Shown in pieces: positions 9,111-19,269 of a stretch of DNA of 64,000 bases (the first letter of the stretch is position 1; each line of letters starts with the position of its first letter). Under the pieces are notes generated by a model. It saw only the letters and a program-made list of their open reading frames with translations. It was not told the origin of the DNA and ran no database searches. Both the position numbers and the translations under genes were made by a program. This DNA is from an uncultured bacterium (lineage in GTDB: Bacteria > Patescibacteriota > Microgenomatia > UBA1400 > CG1-02-47-37): positions 7,370 through 71,369 of the forward strand of contig CAXBYZ010000001.1 in the NCBI GenBank assembly GCA_963980215.1, given 5' to 3'.

Positions 9111-9785
9111 TTATTCTTCGAAGTCGAGCATGACTTTTTTGATGTTTTGAAGATTTCTTTGATGGTCGGCGTGATCGTAAACAAAATTTCGATATGAATT
9201 TTTTTGCTTAAAGTAACTTAGAACAATATCTTTTTGACAGTAGTTGGTATTGGTTAGATGTAGGTATTCAGGTAAAGATGAGTATTGATACTTATCTAAC
9301 TGATTAATATTTTCCGCCAAACCGGCACTGTAGGGATTTAAGTGGATGTAGCGAGAGAGATGTAGTAATTGTGACTCTGTCTCAACTAAAACAGATTTAA
9401 ATTTACCTTGAAAAATGGGGCCAATTCTTTTATTTTTTGTATTAAAATATCGAGTATAACTATTGGCAAATTTACTCATAAAATTAGAGATGCCGTTGTC
9501 AACTGATTGCTCTAACAGTAAGTGAAAATGGTTCGGCATAAAACAATAACTAATTATTTTTACTAAATGCTGTTTAGGTTTGTTGGGCTTTTTATCTTTA
9601 TCGAGGAATTGTTGACGAGAAAAATAGGAAAATCTAATTTTTGGAGATTCTTCTTGATAATAAAGCAGGGTATCTAGGCAGCGCCAATAGTGTCTTTCGT
9701 CTAAGAAAATTGGCATTGAAGCAACTCCGCGGTTAAAGATGTGATAAATGCTGTCTGTAATTAGAGGAGTTTTTCTCCCAGGCAT
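9111..9785 (-). mobile_element. REP-associated tyrosine transposase (RAYT; IS200/IS605-like HuH Y1 transposase), copy 1
   Basis: 224 aa with HuH motif (MPNHFHLLL) and catalytic-Tyr region (SRYIHLNPY). No tnpB partner; family-A REP hairpins sit 3 nt from its stop and 33 nt from its start. Confidence 0.8.
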
Positions 9786-9818
9786 ATTTTTATTATAACA
9801 TTCATCTACCTACCCCCA

Positions 9819-9837
9819 TCACACCTTAGAGGTGTGA
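9819..9837. repeat. REP-like hairpin, family A
   Basis: TCACACCTTAGAGGTGTGA. Overlaps the last 6 codons and the stop of secF. Confidence 0.7.
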
Positions 9838-10712
9838 TGTTTGGCCTTGAGATCCTCCCAGAGGACAAGGAGGGGGGCAGCGGTGAAGGTGGATGAGTAG
9901 GTGCCTGAGATAGTACCAATAAGTAGAGCAAAGACGAACCACTTGGTGGTGTCGCCACCCAAAAGATAGAGGGCAAGCAACATGAATATAATTGTTAAGG
10001 AGTTGTTGACTGATCGACCAAGAGTCTCGGTGACAGCTTTGTTGACTAGGTCTGTGTAGGACAGCCTGGGGTAAAGTTTGATGGATTCTCGGATACGATC
10101 GTAGACGACGATGGTGTCGTGAACTGAGAAAGAGAGAATGGTAAGGATGGCGGTGACAAAGAGAGCATCGACTTCAACTCCCCTAGTGACACCTAGGTAA
10201 CTAAAGATACCAACAGTAATAAAAGTGTCGTGAAGCATGGCCAAGATTGCACAGATACCGTACTTTTTATCTTTAAATCTAGTGGCTACGAAAACTAGGA
10301 TAAAACCGGCAGCGATAAAGACACCGATGAGAGTTTTTTTGATTAACTCTTTACCCATGGTTGGACCGACTGTCTCGAAACGAGTTTCTTCTACCTCCCC
10401 TAGCTGGTCTTCTAGGGTTTGTTTTATGGCTTGATTGGTTTCTTGATCGAACTGCTGAGCTTTAATGACAAAAATGTTGTTTTCTTGTTGTATAGCTTGA
10501 TTTAAGATAACGGTATCTTCAACAAGATTGGTAATTTTATCTAGTGACAACTCTTGGTCTTCTTTTGGAGTGATTGATATCTCTAAGATAGTTCCCCCAG
10601 TAAAGTCGACTGCTGGTTTTAGCCCGTGCTTGATTAGAAAAAAACTACTGGGAATCAGAAATAGTAAGGAGAAGAGAAAATAAAGTGTTTTGTACTTCAT
10701 GAAGTTGATCAT
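9819..10712 (-). CDS. secF: protein-export membrane protein SecF
   Basis: FTGGTILEISI and VHDTIVVYDRIRE motifs with 6 TM helices. The C-terminal HHTSKV and the stop are encoded by the REP hairpin. Confidence 0.85.
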   Translation of the reverse strand: MINFMKYKTLYFLFSLLFLIPSSFFLIKHGLKPAVDFTGGTILEISITPKEDQELSLDKITNLVEDTVILNQAIQQENNIFVIKAQQFDQETNQAIKQTLEDQLGEVEETRFETVGPTMGKELIKKTLIGVFIAAGFILVFVATRFKDKKYGICAILAMLHDTFITVGIFSYLGVTRGVEVDALFVTAILTILSFSVHDTIVVYDRIRESIKLYPRLSYTDLVNKAVTETLGRSVNNSLTIIFMLLALYLLGGDTTKWFVFALLIGTISGTYSSTFTAAPLLVLWEDLKAKHHTSKV

Positions 10713-10718
10713 AGTAGT

Positions 10719-12092
10719 TTAGGTTCGGAACCTAATTCTCCTCATTAAGGTTCTGGTGACAATAATACCGGTGAATAAACTGATAATAACTCCAACTAAT
10801 AAAGTAATGGCAAAGCCTCGAACCATTCCGGAGGTATTTAGAAAACTAAAGTTAAATGGATTAATTAAAACTAGACTAGTAATGATAGTGGCTATGTTGG
10901 CGTCTTTGATTGAGTCCCAAGCTCGACCAAAACCCAACTCTAGGGCAACTGCAAAAGGACGACCGCTTCTTAACTCTTCTTTGAGTCTCTCAAAGATTAA
11001 AATATTACTATCGACAGCCATGCCAACAGATAGAATGAAACCGGCAATACCTGGAAGTGTTAGGGTGACAGGGATGAGCTTGTAGATAGATAGGGTGATA
11101 AGACCGTAGATAAGAAGAGCAATGTTGGCCAGCAAACCATTGAGACCATATAGAAGAACCATAAATAACATAACTAGACCTAATCCAACTGAACCAGCGA
11201 TGATACTTTTTTGAATTGAGTTTTGGCCAAGAGTGGCGGAGATGTTTTTTTGTTCGATAATCTTAATTGGAACCGGAAGAGCTCCGGCGTTTAGTTGGAT
11301 GGATAGTTCTGAAGCGGCCTCTGGAGTGAAGTTACCGGAAATGACGGCTCGACCGTCTTTGATTTCTTCGTTGACAGTAGGAGCGGTGACTAACTGGTTG
11401 TCTAGAAATATGGCTACTGGTCTATTAATATTTCGTGAAGTGATGTCGGCAAATTTTTCTGAACCTTCTTTGGTAAACTCTAAGCCAACTACCGGCTGGT
11501 TAGCAGCTCCCTGACCACTAGAAAATGAGACAAGGGATTTTTTTAGATCTTTACCGGTAAGACCGGTGGACTCGAATGAAAAAACACGGGCAAAGGCTGA
11601 TGGACTAGCGTAGTTGACTTCATTGGCGTCTTGGCTAGTGTCTTCTCTAAAGTCTAGCTGAGCAGTTTGACCAATTAAATTGATAGCTTGTTCAACTTCT
11701 TGAACCCCCGGGAGTTCGACGATGATTCGATAAGAGTCTTTTACTAAAGAAGTTTTGACGATTGATTCACTAACACCGTAAAGGTCGACTCTTCTGGTAA
11801 TAATTTCTTTGGCTGATTCTAGAGCATTGGCTTTATCTAGTTCTTCGATTAGGCTCATATCTGTTTCTAAAACTAAGTGAGTGCCACCTTGAAGATCTAA
11901 GCCCTTTTTTAGGTTTAGATCCCGAGTAAAAGTTGATGAACCTAACTTTAGATTAATGCTTGGATGTGAGATGGTGGTGGAGAAATTTTTGTTGAATATG
12001 TTGATATTTATGGGGATGTTTGGAAGGTTTATGTAGATACAAATTAAAACCAATAGAAAAATTTGGAAGAGACGATTTTTGAGTAACTTCAT
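10719..12092 (-). CDS. secD: protein-export membrane protein SecD
   Basis: LDLQGGTHLVLE periplasmic-domain motif; C-terminal TM bundle. Confidence 0.85.
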   Translation of the reverse strand: MKLLKNRLFQIFLLVLICIYINLPNIPININIFNKNFSTTISHPSINLKLGSSTFTRDLNLKKGLDLQGGTHLVLETDMSLIEELDKANALESAKEIITRRVDLYGVSESIVKTSLVKDSYRIIVELPGVQEVEQAINLIGQTAQLDFREDTSQDANEVNYASPSAFARVFSFESTGLTGKDLKKSLVSFSSGQGAANQPVVGLEFTKEGSEKFADITSRNINRPVAIFLDNQLVTAPTVNEEIKDGRAVISGNFTPEAASELSIQLNAGALPVPIKIIEQKNISATLGQNSIQKSIIAGSVGLGLVMLFMVLLYGLNGLLANIALLIYGLITLSIYKLIPVTLTLPGIAGFILSVGMAVDSNILIFERLKEELRSGRPFAVALELGFGRAWDSIKDANIATIITSLVLINPFNFSFLNTSGMVRGFAITLLVGVIISLFTGIIVTRTLMRRIRFRT

Positions 12093-12277
12093 AATGTTTG
12101 AATGTTGCTTTCGATAGAAAGTTGTTTGGCACCCTTGAAGGTGTAGATAACTTGGCCAGTTTCTAGAATGGTTTTAACTTTGACTTGGTCTCCAGTTTTG
12201 ACACCAACTGATTTAACAAATTTTGAGGGAATAGTAACCCCGATACTGTTGCCGACTTTCATGACTTGTTGTTTCAT
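12089..12277 (-). CDS. AbrB/MazE/SpoVT-family small DNA-binding protein
   Basis: 62 aa with the swapped-hairpin signature MKVGNSIGVTIPSKFVK. Overlaps the secD start by 4 nt. Confidence 0.6.
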   Translation of the reverse strand: MKQQVMKVGNSIGVTIPSKFVKSVGVKTGDQVKVKTILETGQVIYTFKGAKQLSIESNIQTL

Positions 12278-12282
12278 GTGGC

Positions 12283-12867
12283 TTAACTAACCATTTCTTC
12301 TTCGTCACCGATTAACATGACTCGGCCACTTGATAGAATATTTTGGATAAAAGGATCGCGACGGGATTTTCTAAATTGAAATTCATCTATAGCCATGGGG
12401 GCGTAGTTGATTTCTTTTTCTCTAACTGATTCTGACTTTCTAACTAACTTATTTAACTCGGCCATATTGACAGCACCAACCACCAAGAGATCAATATCTT
12501 CCTCTGACTTTCTGGGCATTTGTCTAGCGTAACGACCAGAGAGCATGGCAAACTTAATGTTGCCAATTTTGTTTTTGTGCTTGATGATGTCTGCGCCTAA
12601 ACCAACAGTTTTAGCTGTCAAGCTAATTAGCTCTTGGTAGAAAGGATAGGTTTTGACAAAGAAGTAGTAAAGGCGATTACCTCGAGGTTCTTTTTTTACT
12701 AAACCTCTTTCTTCCATTCTAGCTAGTTCTCTTCGAACGGCATTGATCTCTTCATTGGTGCTTCTAACTAATTGACGAACATAGAACATTTCTGAAGGAT
12801 CTTTAAGAAAAGTTTGAATTAACTTTACTCTTACCTTTGAGACAAATAAATCTTTAAGGTTGGCCAT
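12283..12867 (-). CDS. hypothetical protein: N-terminal winged-helix domain plus nucleotidyltransferase-fold domain
   Basis: wHTH-like YVRQLVRSTNEEINAVRRELARMEERGLV; NTase-like GRYARQ...EDIDLLVVG. Confidence 0.45.
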   Translation of the reverse strand: MANLKDLFVSKVRVKLIQTFLKDPSEMFYVRQLVRSTNEEINAVRRELARMEERGLVKKEPRGNRLYYFFVKTYPFYQELISLTAKTVGLGADIIKHKNKIGNIKFAMLSGRYARQMPRKSEEDIDLLVVGAVNMAELNKLVRKSESVREKEINYAPMAIDEFQFRKSRRDPFIQNILSSGRVMLIGDEEEMVS

Positions 12868-12893
12868 GGGCCTCCTTTGTCGAGCAGATGTTA

Positions 12894-14081
12894 TTAATAA
12901 TCAACTTTTGTACCGACTGGTAGGGCGGATATCCAGATACGCCCTGGATTAAACTTAATCTCTTTACCTTTTTCGTCAAAGAAAGTAGTTCTCTTGAGAC
13001 GACTGGCTTTGGCCCATGTGCCTTCAATTAGATCACCGTCTTTGACGATGTAGGCTTTACCTTTTCCGGTAGTACCAAGTAGTAAGTGAACGTTACCTGG
13101 GTAGCCGTCGTTGGCTTTTCTTTCGGTAACAAACTGGAGAACGAGGTTTTTGGTGGAGAGTTGTTCATCTAGATTGATATCCATATGAGGCTTGGCTCCA
13201 TTGGTTCTTTTATAGGTGTTGGTTTCTTGATCATATTTCCAAGAAACGGCGTAGTTTTCGTCTTCCCAAAAGTTGTAGTCAATCGTGGTAATGGGACCGG
13301 TTTCACTTGACTCTTCTTTAACAAAGCTCCATGGTAGGTAGTCGTCTGCCCACTCTTCCTTGTCTTCGTTAATGTTAGTGTAGCCACGTTTTTCTCCGAT
13401 AGCCCAGAGTTTTTCGGTAGTGCTGTACATGGTGTGTTCGGTGGCCACGGTACGACCAAGTCTTTCGTAGTCACGCCAAAAAGTGGGGTAACCAATAGAG
13501 AATTGGTTCATATCTGTGGCTCCACCCCAACCATAAGTGTTGATCTGACCTAAAGCGTTGGCTGGTCCGGGGGTGTTGGCTCCACCGACGTGAGCGTAGA
13601 GGGGGAAGTTGTATTCTGAAGCCCAGTCTAGAAAATATGTGCGAGCACTTCTGATTGGACCTAGAATGGAGTCATAAGCTGAAGCTTGGCAGTAAAAAAC
13701 TGCCATAAATCTGGTGATACCACCCTCGGCAACGGCTTCATAAATTATGTCTGCATCGGATAAACCAGATTGAGGCCTGGACTCTAGATGGTTTTCGATC
13801 ATGACGGCTAGTGGTCTTCTTGATTCCCAGACTTTTTGTTCTGCTTTGGTGTAGCTAGCTCCATTTAGAGGACAAGTGGCTGACTTTGAACCGGAGATAT
13901 CAAAGAGGGATTTTCTGGAGGAGTTTGCCTCTTGTTCTTCACTACCAATTCCGTCTGGCAAAGGGGAGGTAAAGATAGAGCCTGATTTTGAGAGGTAGGT
14001 AAATGTAGCGTATGAGAAACCGGTTGAGAGTAAGTAAATTCCAAGACCGAGGAAGATTGCTAATGATTTTTTCTTGTTCAT
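12894..14081 (-). CDS. secreted DUF3048-family (YerB-like) protein
   Basis: Signal peptide/lipobox-like N-terminus; AVMIENH...ADIIYEAVAEGGITRF resembles the DUF3048 N-domain. Confidence 0.55.
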   Translation of the reverse strand: MNKKKSLAIFLGLGIYLLSTGFSYATFTYLSKSGSIFTSPLPDGIGSEEQEANSSRKSLFDISGSKSATCPLNGASYTKAEQKVWESRRPLAVMIENHLESRPQSGLSDADIIYEAVAEGGITRFMAVFYCQASAYDSILGPIRSARTYFLDWASEYNFPLYAHVGGANTPGPANALGQINTYGWGGATDMNQFSIGYPTFWRDYERLGRTVATEHTMYSTTEKLWAIGEKRGYTNINEDKEEWADDYLPWSFVKEESSETGPITTIDYNFWEDENYAVSWKYDQETNTYKRTNGAKPHMDINLDEQLSTKNLVLQFVTERKANDGYPGNVHLLLGTTGKGKAYIVKDGDLIEGTWAKASRLKRTTFFDEKGKEIKFNPGRIWISALPVGTKVDY

Positions 14082-14095
14082 AATAATACTTTCCT

Positions 14096-14557
14096 TTACT
14101 TTGCAGTTTGGATGGCCTTCTTCTCTTCGCTGGAGAGCTTAAAGCCATCTGATTTGCCATTTTTAATTGTTTTTGCGTAAAACCTAGTGGCATCACGCGA
14201 GTGTAGTGAGCTTAACACAAAACCGGTGTCTTTTTCATCTAGTAAACTTAGACAAAAACTTTGATCGCCTCCAGTTTGAGGGAATGGGTTAAAACGAATG
14301 AAACCAATTTTTTGGATGTGAGACTTCATCTTGGTTCTAGCAAGACTTAGTGACTTGGTTAGGGATTCTATTTCTTTTTGATTTAAGTTGGTTTGATTTA
14401 ATATTCCTGATAAAACAGTTTTTAAGTCTTTTTTGGTAATGTTCTTGGTGAGTTTATTGTAGTGGTAGATAGATCTGATTGAAAAGACAGTTAGAGTAAC
14501 GAGCCAAACAAAGAGGCCTAAAATGATCCATTGTAAGATGTAGGTTTCGAGTACCAT
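14096..14557 (-). CDS. DUF4446-like membrane-anchored protein
   Basis: N-terminal TM helix; FNPF...GGDQSF motif region. Confidence 0.5.
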   Translation of the reverse strand: MVLETYILQWIILGLFVWLVTLTVFSIRSIYHYNKLTKNITKKDLKTVLSGILNQTNLNQKEIESLTKSLSLARTKMKSHIQKIGFIRFNPFPQTGGDQSFCLSLLDEKDTGFVLSSLHSRDATRFYAKTIKNGKSDGFKLSSEEKKAIQTAK

Positions 14558-14621
14558 ATGTAATCGATTTTGAGGCTTGCAAGTAAATTTGTCAACGAGA
14601 AGATAATATAGTGATATAATT

Positions 14622-14873
14622 TTGGAGATGGCAAAAAGACGAACGAAAAAACAAAAACAAAAAATTCAAAAAAGACAAAATGAAGAAAAGGTAGTGGTAA
14701 ATAAGTATAAGTTTGAAGTGGAAAAGAGTAAAAAAAGATTGGCAACTGAAGTGAGAGAAAAGACGGAAGGGTTGGCTGATAAGAACTTGATTGTGAGAGA
14801 TTTATTAAAATCGATGATAATCTCGATAGTGATTTTGGGATTATTGGCTGGAATTTATTTTTTATTAAACTAG
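14622..14873 (+). CDS. hypothetical small basic protein with C-terminal TM anchor
   Basis: 83 aa; Lys-rich N-half, hydrophobic C-terminal helix. Extended -10 TGATATAAT upstream. Confidence 0.3.
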   Translation: MEMAKRRTKKQKQKIQKRQNEEKVVVNKYKFEVEKSKKRLATEVREKTEGLADKNLIVRDLLKSMIISIVILGLLAGIYFLLN

Positions 14874-15938
14874 AAGCTTACCGTTTGCTAGAATTGGTTT
14901 GCCGTTGACTAAAACTTTTGATTCTTTTGAAGTCATGGATTTAACTAGATCCCAGTGAATAGCTGATTTGTTGATGCCTCCCCCGTCTTTATCTTGGTAA
15001 GCACTACCTAAAGCCATGTGAATAGTGCCACCAATTTTTTCGTCAAATAGGGTGTTTAGCATTGGTTTTTTGATACCGTAATTGGTGCCGATAGCAAACT
15101 CACCTAAACGCTTGGCGCCTTTGTCTGTGTTAAGAGCGGCGTCTAGGTATTTATTGCCTTTTTTGGCTGAGGCTTTAACGACTTTACCTTTACTAAACTC
15201 AAGAGTGACCCCTTCAACGATATTGCCTGATCTTAATGATGGTAAGTCAAAGTAGACTTGACCTTCTGTTTTGTCATCTAGAGGTGCTCCAAAGACTTCT
15301 CCATCTGGCATGTTGTACTTACCGTCGGCTTTTTGAAATGTTCTATCAGTAAAACTTAAAGTGAGGTGGGTTTTTTCACCAATGACTTCTATTTTTTTGG
15401 CGTTATCGAGTTTTGCTTTTAGTTTGGTTAAAGTCTTGCCGATTTTACTCCAATCTTGGAGACAAGCTTTAAAGTAGATGTCTTCAAGTTCATCTAGAGA
15501 GATACCGGCTGATTGGGCCATGCTTTGACTAGGAAACTCGGTTAAAATCCAAGGTTTTTTGAGCATGATTTTTTTGATGGGTTCACTGGACTTGGCTGTG
15601 ATCATTAATTTCTTTGGGTCGATATTTGATAAAGACCTGCTGTTGTTGGCTGAGTAAAGTCTGATGAATTTATCTGCCCAGTTGGCTAGAAATAGAGAGA
15701 TTTCTGGCTTTTTTTGAAGCTGAGCTTGGGAGGCATTTTTGTAAAAAAAATAGTCTAGGTCTCCCGGTGAATAAACGGTGTGAGGAAAGGCGCCTTTTTT
15801 TAAACAAAGCTTGTAGACTTCTTTGGCTAAAATCCAAGCATCTTGATTGGCTGAAATTAAAACTTTATCGCCTTTTTTGACGTTGACTGAGTAGTCGGTC
15901 AAGATACTTGCTAGTTTGGAAACTTTTTTGTCTACCAT
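14865..15938 (-). CDS. aminopeptidase, M29 (AmpS/PepS, aminopeptidase T) family
   Basis: 357 aa; global similarity to thermophilic metalloprotease M29 members, judged from the whole-protein pattern rather than a single motif. Confidence 0.7.
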   Translation of the reverse strand: MVDKKVSKLASILTDYSVNVKKGDKVLISANQDAWILAKEVYKLCLKKGAFPHTVYSPGDLDYFFYKNASQAQLQKKPEISLFLANWADKFIRLYSANNSRSLSNIDPKKLMITAKSSEPIKKIMLKKPWILTEFPSQSMAQSAGISLDELEDIYFKACLQDWSKIGKTLTKLKAKLDNAKKIEVIGEKTHLTLSFTDRTFQKADGKYNMPDGEVFGAPLDDKTEGQVYFDLPSLRSGNIVEGVTLEFSKGKVVKASAKKGNKYLDAALNTDKGAKRLGEFAIGTNYGIKKPMLNTLFDEKIGGTIHMALGSAYQDKDGGGINKSAIHWDLVKSMTSKESKVLVNGKPILANGKLLV

Positions 15939-15955
15939 GGTTTGTATGGTACCAC

Positions 15956-16723
15956 TTAAAACCAGTTAAGAGAAGATATTTCTTCTGTTATTAACCTAGC
16001 TATTAATTGATGACCCAACTCACTGGGGTGAATGTGGTCTTGAGCACTGATGTATTTGAGATTACCGTCTTGGAAATTTAAACTTTGCTCGTAGGCATTT
16101 ACTAACGGAAGTTTTGAGGCAGAGACATACTTTAAAGTATTTTGGAGATACTTCTCGATTTTGTCTGCATGAAAAAGGCGTGTTTGGTTATCCCAAAAGG
16201 CTTGATTTTGGCCGAGACCAAATTTTTGTTTATTGGGAGCGATGGTGGCTAGCAAGATAATCCTAATGTTGTTTTGGGTAGCTAGTGTAGTTATTTGATT
16301 AAAGAGCTCCCACTGATGATCTAGACCCTCATCTATATCTAGATTGAAGGGATTGTAAGCAAAAGAACCGATAACAAGAATGTCTGGAGCTAGAGAGAGA
16401 ATGCTTTTGTAGGTTTTGTCTTTGTAGGTGTAGTCGTTGGTCATCCTAAAAAAACCGTAATCCATGTCAGTGGAACTAACACCATAGTTTAAAAGTGTAA
16501 ATTCTATGTGAGGGAAATTCTCTTGTAGTTCTTTTTTTAAGTATGGCAAATCTTGGCCCATGGTATCTACCATTGAGTCTCCTAGAATAGCGATGGTTAC
16601 TTTTTTTGGAATCTCTGAAGGTGGAGCGGGGTCTGGTTTATGTTGCAAAAATCGATAGAAAAAAGTTAGAGTGCTAAGTACAACTAGAAGAAAGAAGAAA
16701 AAATTAATTTTTTTTAGATTCAT
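15956..16723 (-). CDS. SGNH/GDSL-family hydrolase (secreted)
   Basis: Signal peptide; GDS block (IAILGDSMVD); C-terminal DxxH. Confidence 0.65.
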   Translation of the reverse strand: MNLKKINFFFFLLVVLSTLTFFYRFLQHKPDPAPPSEIPKKVTIAILGDSMVDTMGQDLPYLKKELQENFPHIEFTLLNYGVSSTDMDYGFFRMTNDYTYKDKTYKSILSLAPDILVIGSFAYNPFNLDIDEGLDHQWELFNQITTLATQNNIRIILLATIAPNKQKFGLGQNQAFWDNQTRLFHADKIEKYLQNTLKYVSASKLPLVNAYEQSLNFQDGNLKYISAQDHIHPSELGHQLIARLITEEISSLNWF

Positions 16724-17318
16724 CTTTATTTAATTTTTGTAAATATTTTTTTAGTTTAAACACAGCTTTAGATCTATGGCTAACTTTGTTTTTTTCTTCA
16801 TCTTTCGATTCGGCGTAAGTTTTTTTTAAGTCTAAGCTATAGAAAATAGGATCATAACCGAAGCCATTATTACCAATTTCTGTTTTAGTGATAAGACCGT
16901 GAGATTCACCGGTGAAGGTTTTTACTGTCTTGATTTTAGGGTCAAATAGAGCAATAGTGCAAACGAATTTAGCAGCTCTTTTGTGTTTTGAAACATTTTT
17001 TAGATACTTTAAGATTTTAAAGCGGGCGGATTTAAAGTCTCCTTGGGCGAAACGCCCAGAGTAAACACCAAGCTGTCCCTTTAGTTGATCTATTTCTAGA
17101 CCTGAGTCATCGGCAATGGTTAATATATTAGCTTTTTTACCGTATTGAGTGGCTTTTAAAATGGCATTTTCTTGGTAAGATTTACCTGTTTCTTCAACGT
17201 CAAAGTTTTTGTCTATAGTAGGAACGTCATTAAGACCAATTAGTTTGATTGGCAAGGTTTCAAGAATTTGTCTGTATTCTTTTAGTTTGCCTTGGTTTCT
17301 GGTGGCAAGAAGTATCAT
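16704..17318 (-). CDS. rdgB: non-canonical purine NTP pyrophosphatase (RdgB/HAM1)
   Basis: MILLATRNQGKLKEYRQIL; FGYDPIF motif. Confidence 0.8.
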   Translation of the reverse strand: MILLATRNQGKLKEYRQILETLPIKLIGLNDVPTIDKNFDVEETGKSYQENAILKATQYGKKANILTIADDSGLEIDQLKGQLGVYSGRFAQGDFKSARFKILKYLKNVSKHKRAAKFVCTIALFDPKIKTVKTFTGESHGLITKTEIGNNGFGYDPIFYSLDLKKTYAESKDEEKNKVSHRSKAVFKLKKYLQKLNKDESKKN

Positions 17319-17319
17319 A

Positions 17320-18063
17320 TTACTTTAAATAACTAAAGAATTGAGGATTGAGACCAACCATTAAACTCCAGATAATGTAGGTGACTGAGCCTGAAAGAGA
17401 AATAATAACTGACATTAAAGTCCATGGTCTTTTGGTTAATGATAGTTGATGTTTTTTAATTAACCACAAGATAATTACTAAGAAAATAATCATGGTTGGA
17501 AGACTGGTGAAGATAGAAAGATTACCTTCGCTCAAGTTTAAACCCCAAAAAACTCCAATGATTAGATTAATAATAAACATGATGTTTATTTCTAGTTTTT
17601 TTATTGCTTTTGATAGTGGTCTTTCTATCTCAAGTAGTGACATGATGAAAAATGAAGAAATGGTTGAAAGAAAGAGAAAGATGTGTGAGATGGTTTCGTC
17701 TAGTAAGTCTGCAAACTGGTAGATATCTAACCAATTAAAAGGTAAAAATAACTTAATAGAATCAAAAATTAAGTGAGCGATGACAGATAGCCAACCGAAA
17801 AATAAGACAATGTAAAGGCTAAGTTTTAGCTTTGAACCATTAATGATAGTGGGGCCTGTTTTTTTATTTTTTCTAGCAGCATTGAAAAATGTGTAGCTTA
17901 AGATAAATAAAGCGAGGAGTAGAAATGTGTCTTTGATGACATTGCCAAAGTATATTTCTTGAAAAACATTTAGAGAGATATCTGAAATACCGATAAAACG
18001 GATTAAGATGTAGCAAGAAAAAGTAAAAAGTAAAGCTATCTGTGATTTAAAGGTAGAGCTCAT
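17320..18063 (-). CDS. hypothetical polytopic membrane protein
   Basis: 247 aa with about 7 predicted TM helices; overlaps the next gene by 4 nt. Confidence 0.45.
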   Translation of the reverse strand: MSSTFKSQIALLFTFSCYILIRFIGISDISLNVFQEIYFGNVIKDTFLLLALFILSYTFFNAARKNKKTGPTIINGSKLKLSLYIVLFFGWLSVIAHLIFDSIKLFLPFNWLDIYQFADLLDETISHIFLFLSTISSFFIMSLLEIERPLSKAIKKLEINIMFIINLIIGVFWGLNLSEGNLSIFTSLPTMIIFLVIILWLIKKHQLSLTKRPWTLMSVIISLSGSVTYIIWSLMVGLNPQFFSYLK

Positions 18064-19190
18064 TTCTTTAATTTCTTGAGAGAGTTTTTAGCTAATAAAG
18101 TGATGGCTCCAAGGCCGTTTAGAAAGAGGATGAAGTAAGTCAGCCAGCCAATAATGGGGATTAGTTTTAAGGCAGTGATGATAACTAAACCTAATGATAA
18201 ATTTTTATAAGGAGTTGTCAGCTTGCTATCTTTAAGGATTTTGGTGCCAAGACTTAAAGAAATAACTAACTTGGAAGCGTAAACGGCTAAGCTAAAAATA
18301 AGAAAAACTAAAACTCCAACTGGAATGCCAATGAGGGTGAGTAGAAACATAACTCCGATAACTGGAGTAAGTAGTAGATTTAAGAAGCCCCAACCTAAAG
18401 CTAAGCCTGGATCTTTTTGACTAAGAGTGTTTAGTTGTTTGGCAACTTTGGGGAATAAGATGATTAATAGACAGCCAACGAGAATTTCTATTATAAGGAC
18501 AGTGAGTTGTTGAAGGAAAATTAGTAGAGTAAATTTATTTAATGGTTTTATTTTTTGAAAAATAGTTTGATTATTTGAGTTAACTTCTTTTTGCATCTTA
18601 GTAGTGATGAGGTCCCCACTAATAGTAGATTGGTCACTAATGTTGGAGTGGGTGTAGTAGTTAAGTTCCAAGTTTTTGGAAACTTTTGCGTTTTTACCAA
18701 TAGTGACTTTGTTGGTGGTGATAAAAACATTGTCTTCAGCTTGACCATTTAAGTAGATGTTGTCTCCCAAGATAGTTGTTTTACCTGAGGCAGTTCCACT
18801 GAAGTCTAGGATTTTGGCAACGGCAGTTAAGCTATTTTTTATTAAGGTGTCTTTGTGGATTTTCAGCTGACCGGAGACCATAGTAACGTCGTCATTGATG
18901 ATTGAGTTAATATCGGCTCGACCTGATAAAACTCGCAAGTCACCTCCTATGGTGCCTTTGATATCTGTTTGGCCGGCTATGATTATAAGATCGCCACTAA
19001 TGGTGGCGTCGACAGTAACTTCTCCTCCGACTAAAAAGACATCACCATCAATAGTGTCAGTAAAAGTGATAGATTCATCGACTTTAAAAATTGGACCAGA
19101 AATTGAGACACTTTCTTCTTGTGGTTTGGTAAAACCAGTTAGGAAAAGAAGTGAAGTTATAATTAAAGTTGTTGGTATGAATTTTTTCAT
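18060..19190 (-). CDS. hypothetical protein with signal peptide, bactofilin-like beta-helix repeats and C-terminal multi-TM domain
   Basis: Repetitive GDxxxxG beta-helical pattern (VTVDATISGDLIIIAGQTDIKGTIGGDLRVLSGRADI...) followed by 4-5 TM helices. Confidence 0.5.
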   Translation of the reverse strand: MKKFIPTTLIITSLLFLTGFTKPQEESVSISGPIFKVDESITFTDTIDGDVFLVGGEVTVDATISGDLIIIAGQTDIKGTIGGDLRVLSGRADINSIINDDVTMVSGQLKIHKDTLIKNSLTAVAKILDFSGTASGKTTILGDNIYLNGQAEDNVFITTNKVTIGKNAKVSKNLELNYYTHSNISDQSTISGDLITTKMQKEVNSNNQTIFQKIKPLNKFTLLIFLQQLTVLIIEILVGCLLIILFPKVAKQLNTLSQKDPGLALGWGFLNLLLTPVIGVMFLLTLIGIPVGVLVFLIFSLAVYASKLVISLSLGTKILKDSKLTTPYKNLSLGLVIITALKLIPIIGWLTYFILFLNGLGAITLLAKNSLKKLKK

Positions 19191-19269
19191 GATTTTTTAG
19201 GGGTAAGAATCTAGGGAGAGGTTATCAAATGTTTATCCAAAGGGCAAGTTTATATATAATAGATAAAGT

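Noticed and set aside
13169-13495. ORF 13169..13495 (108 aa) and similar ORFs nested in other genes (10237..10434, 11233..11514, 17492..17722, 25376..25693, 26913..27287, 28221..28520, 29077..29313)
   Set aside because: Nested in other reading frames of confidently assigned genes, with no supporting signal.
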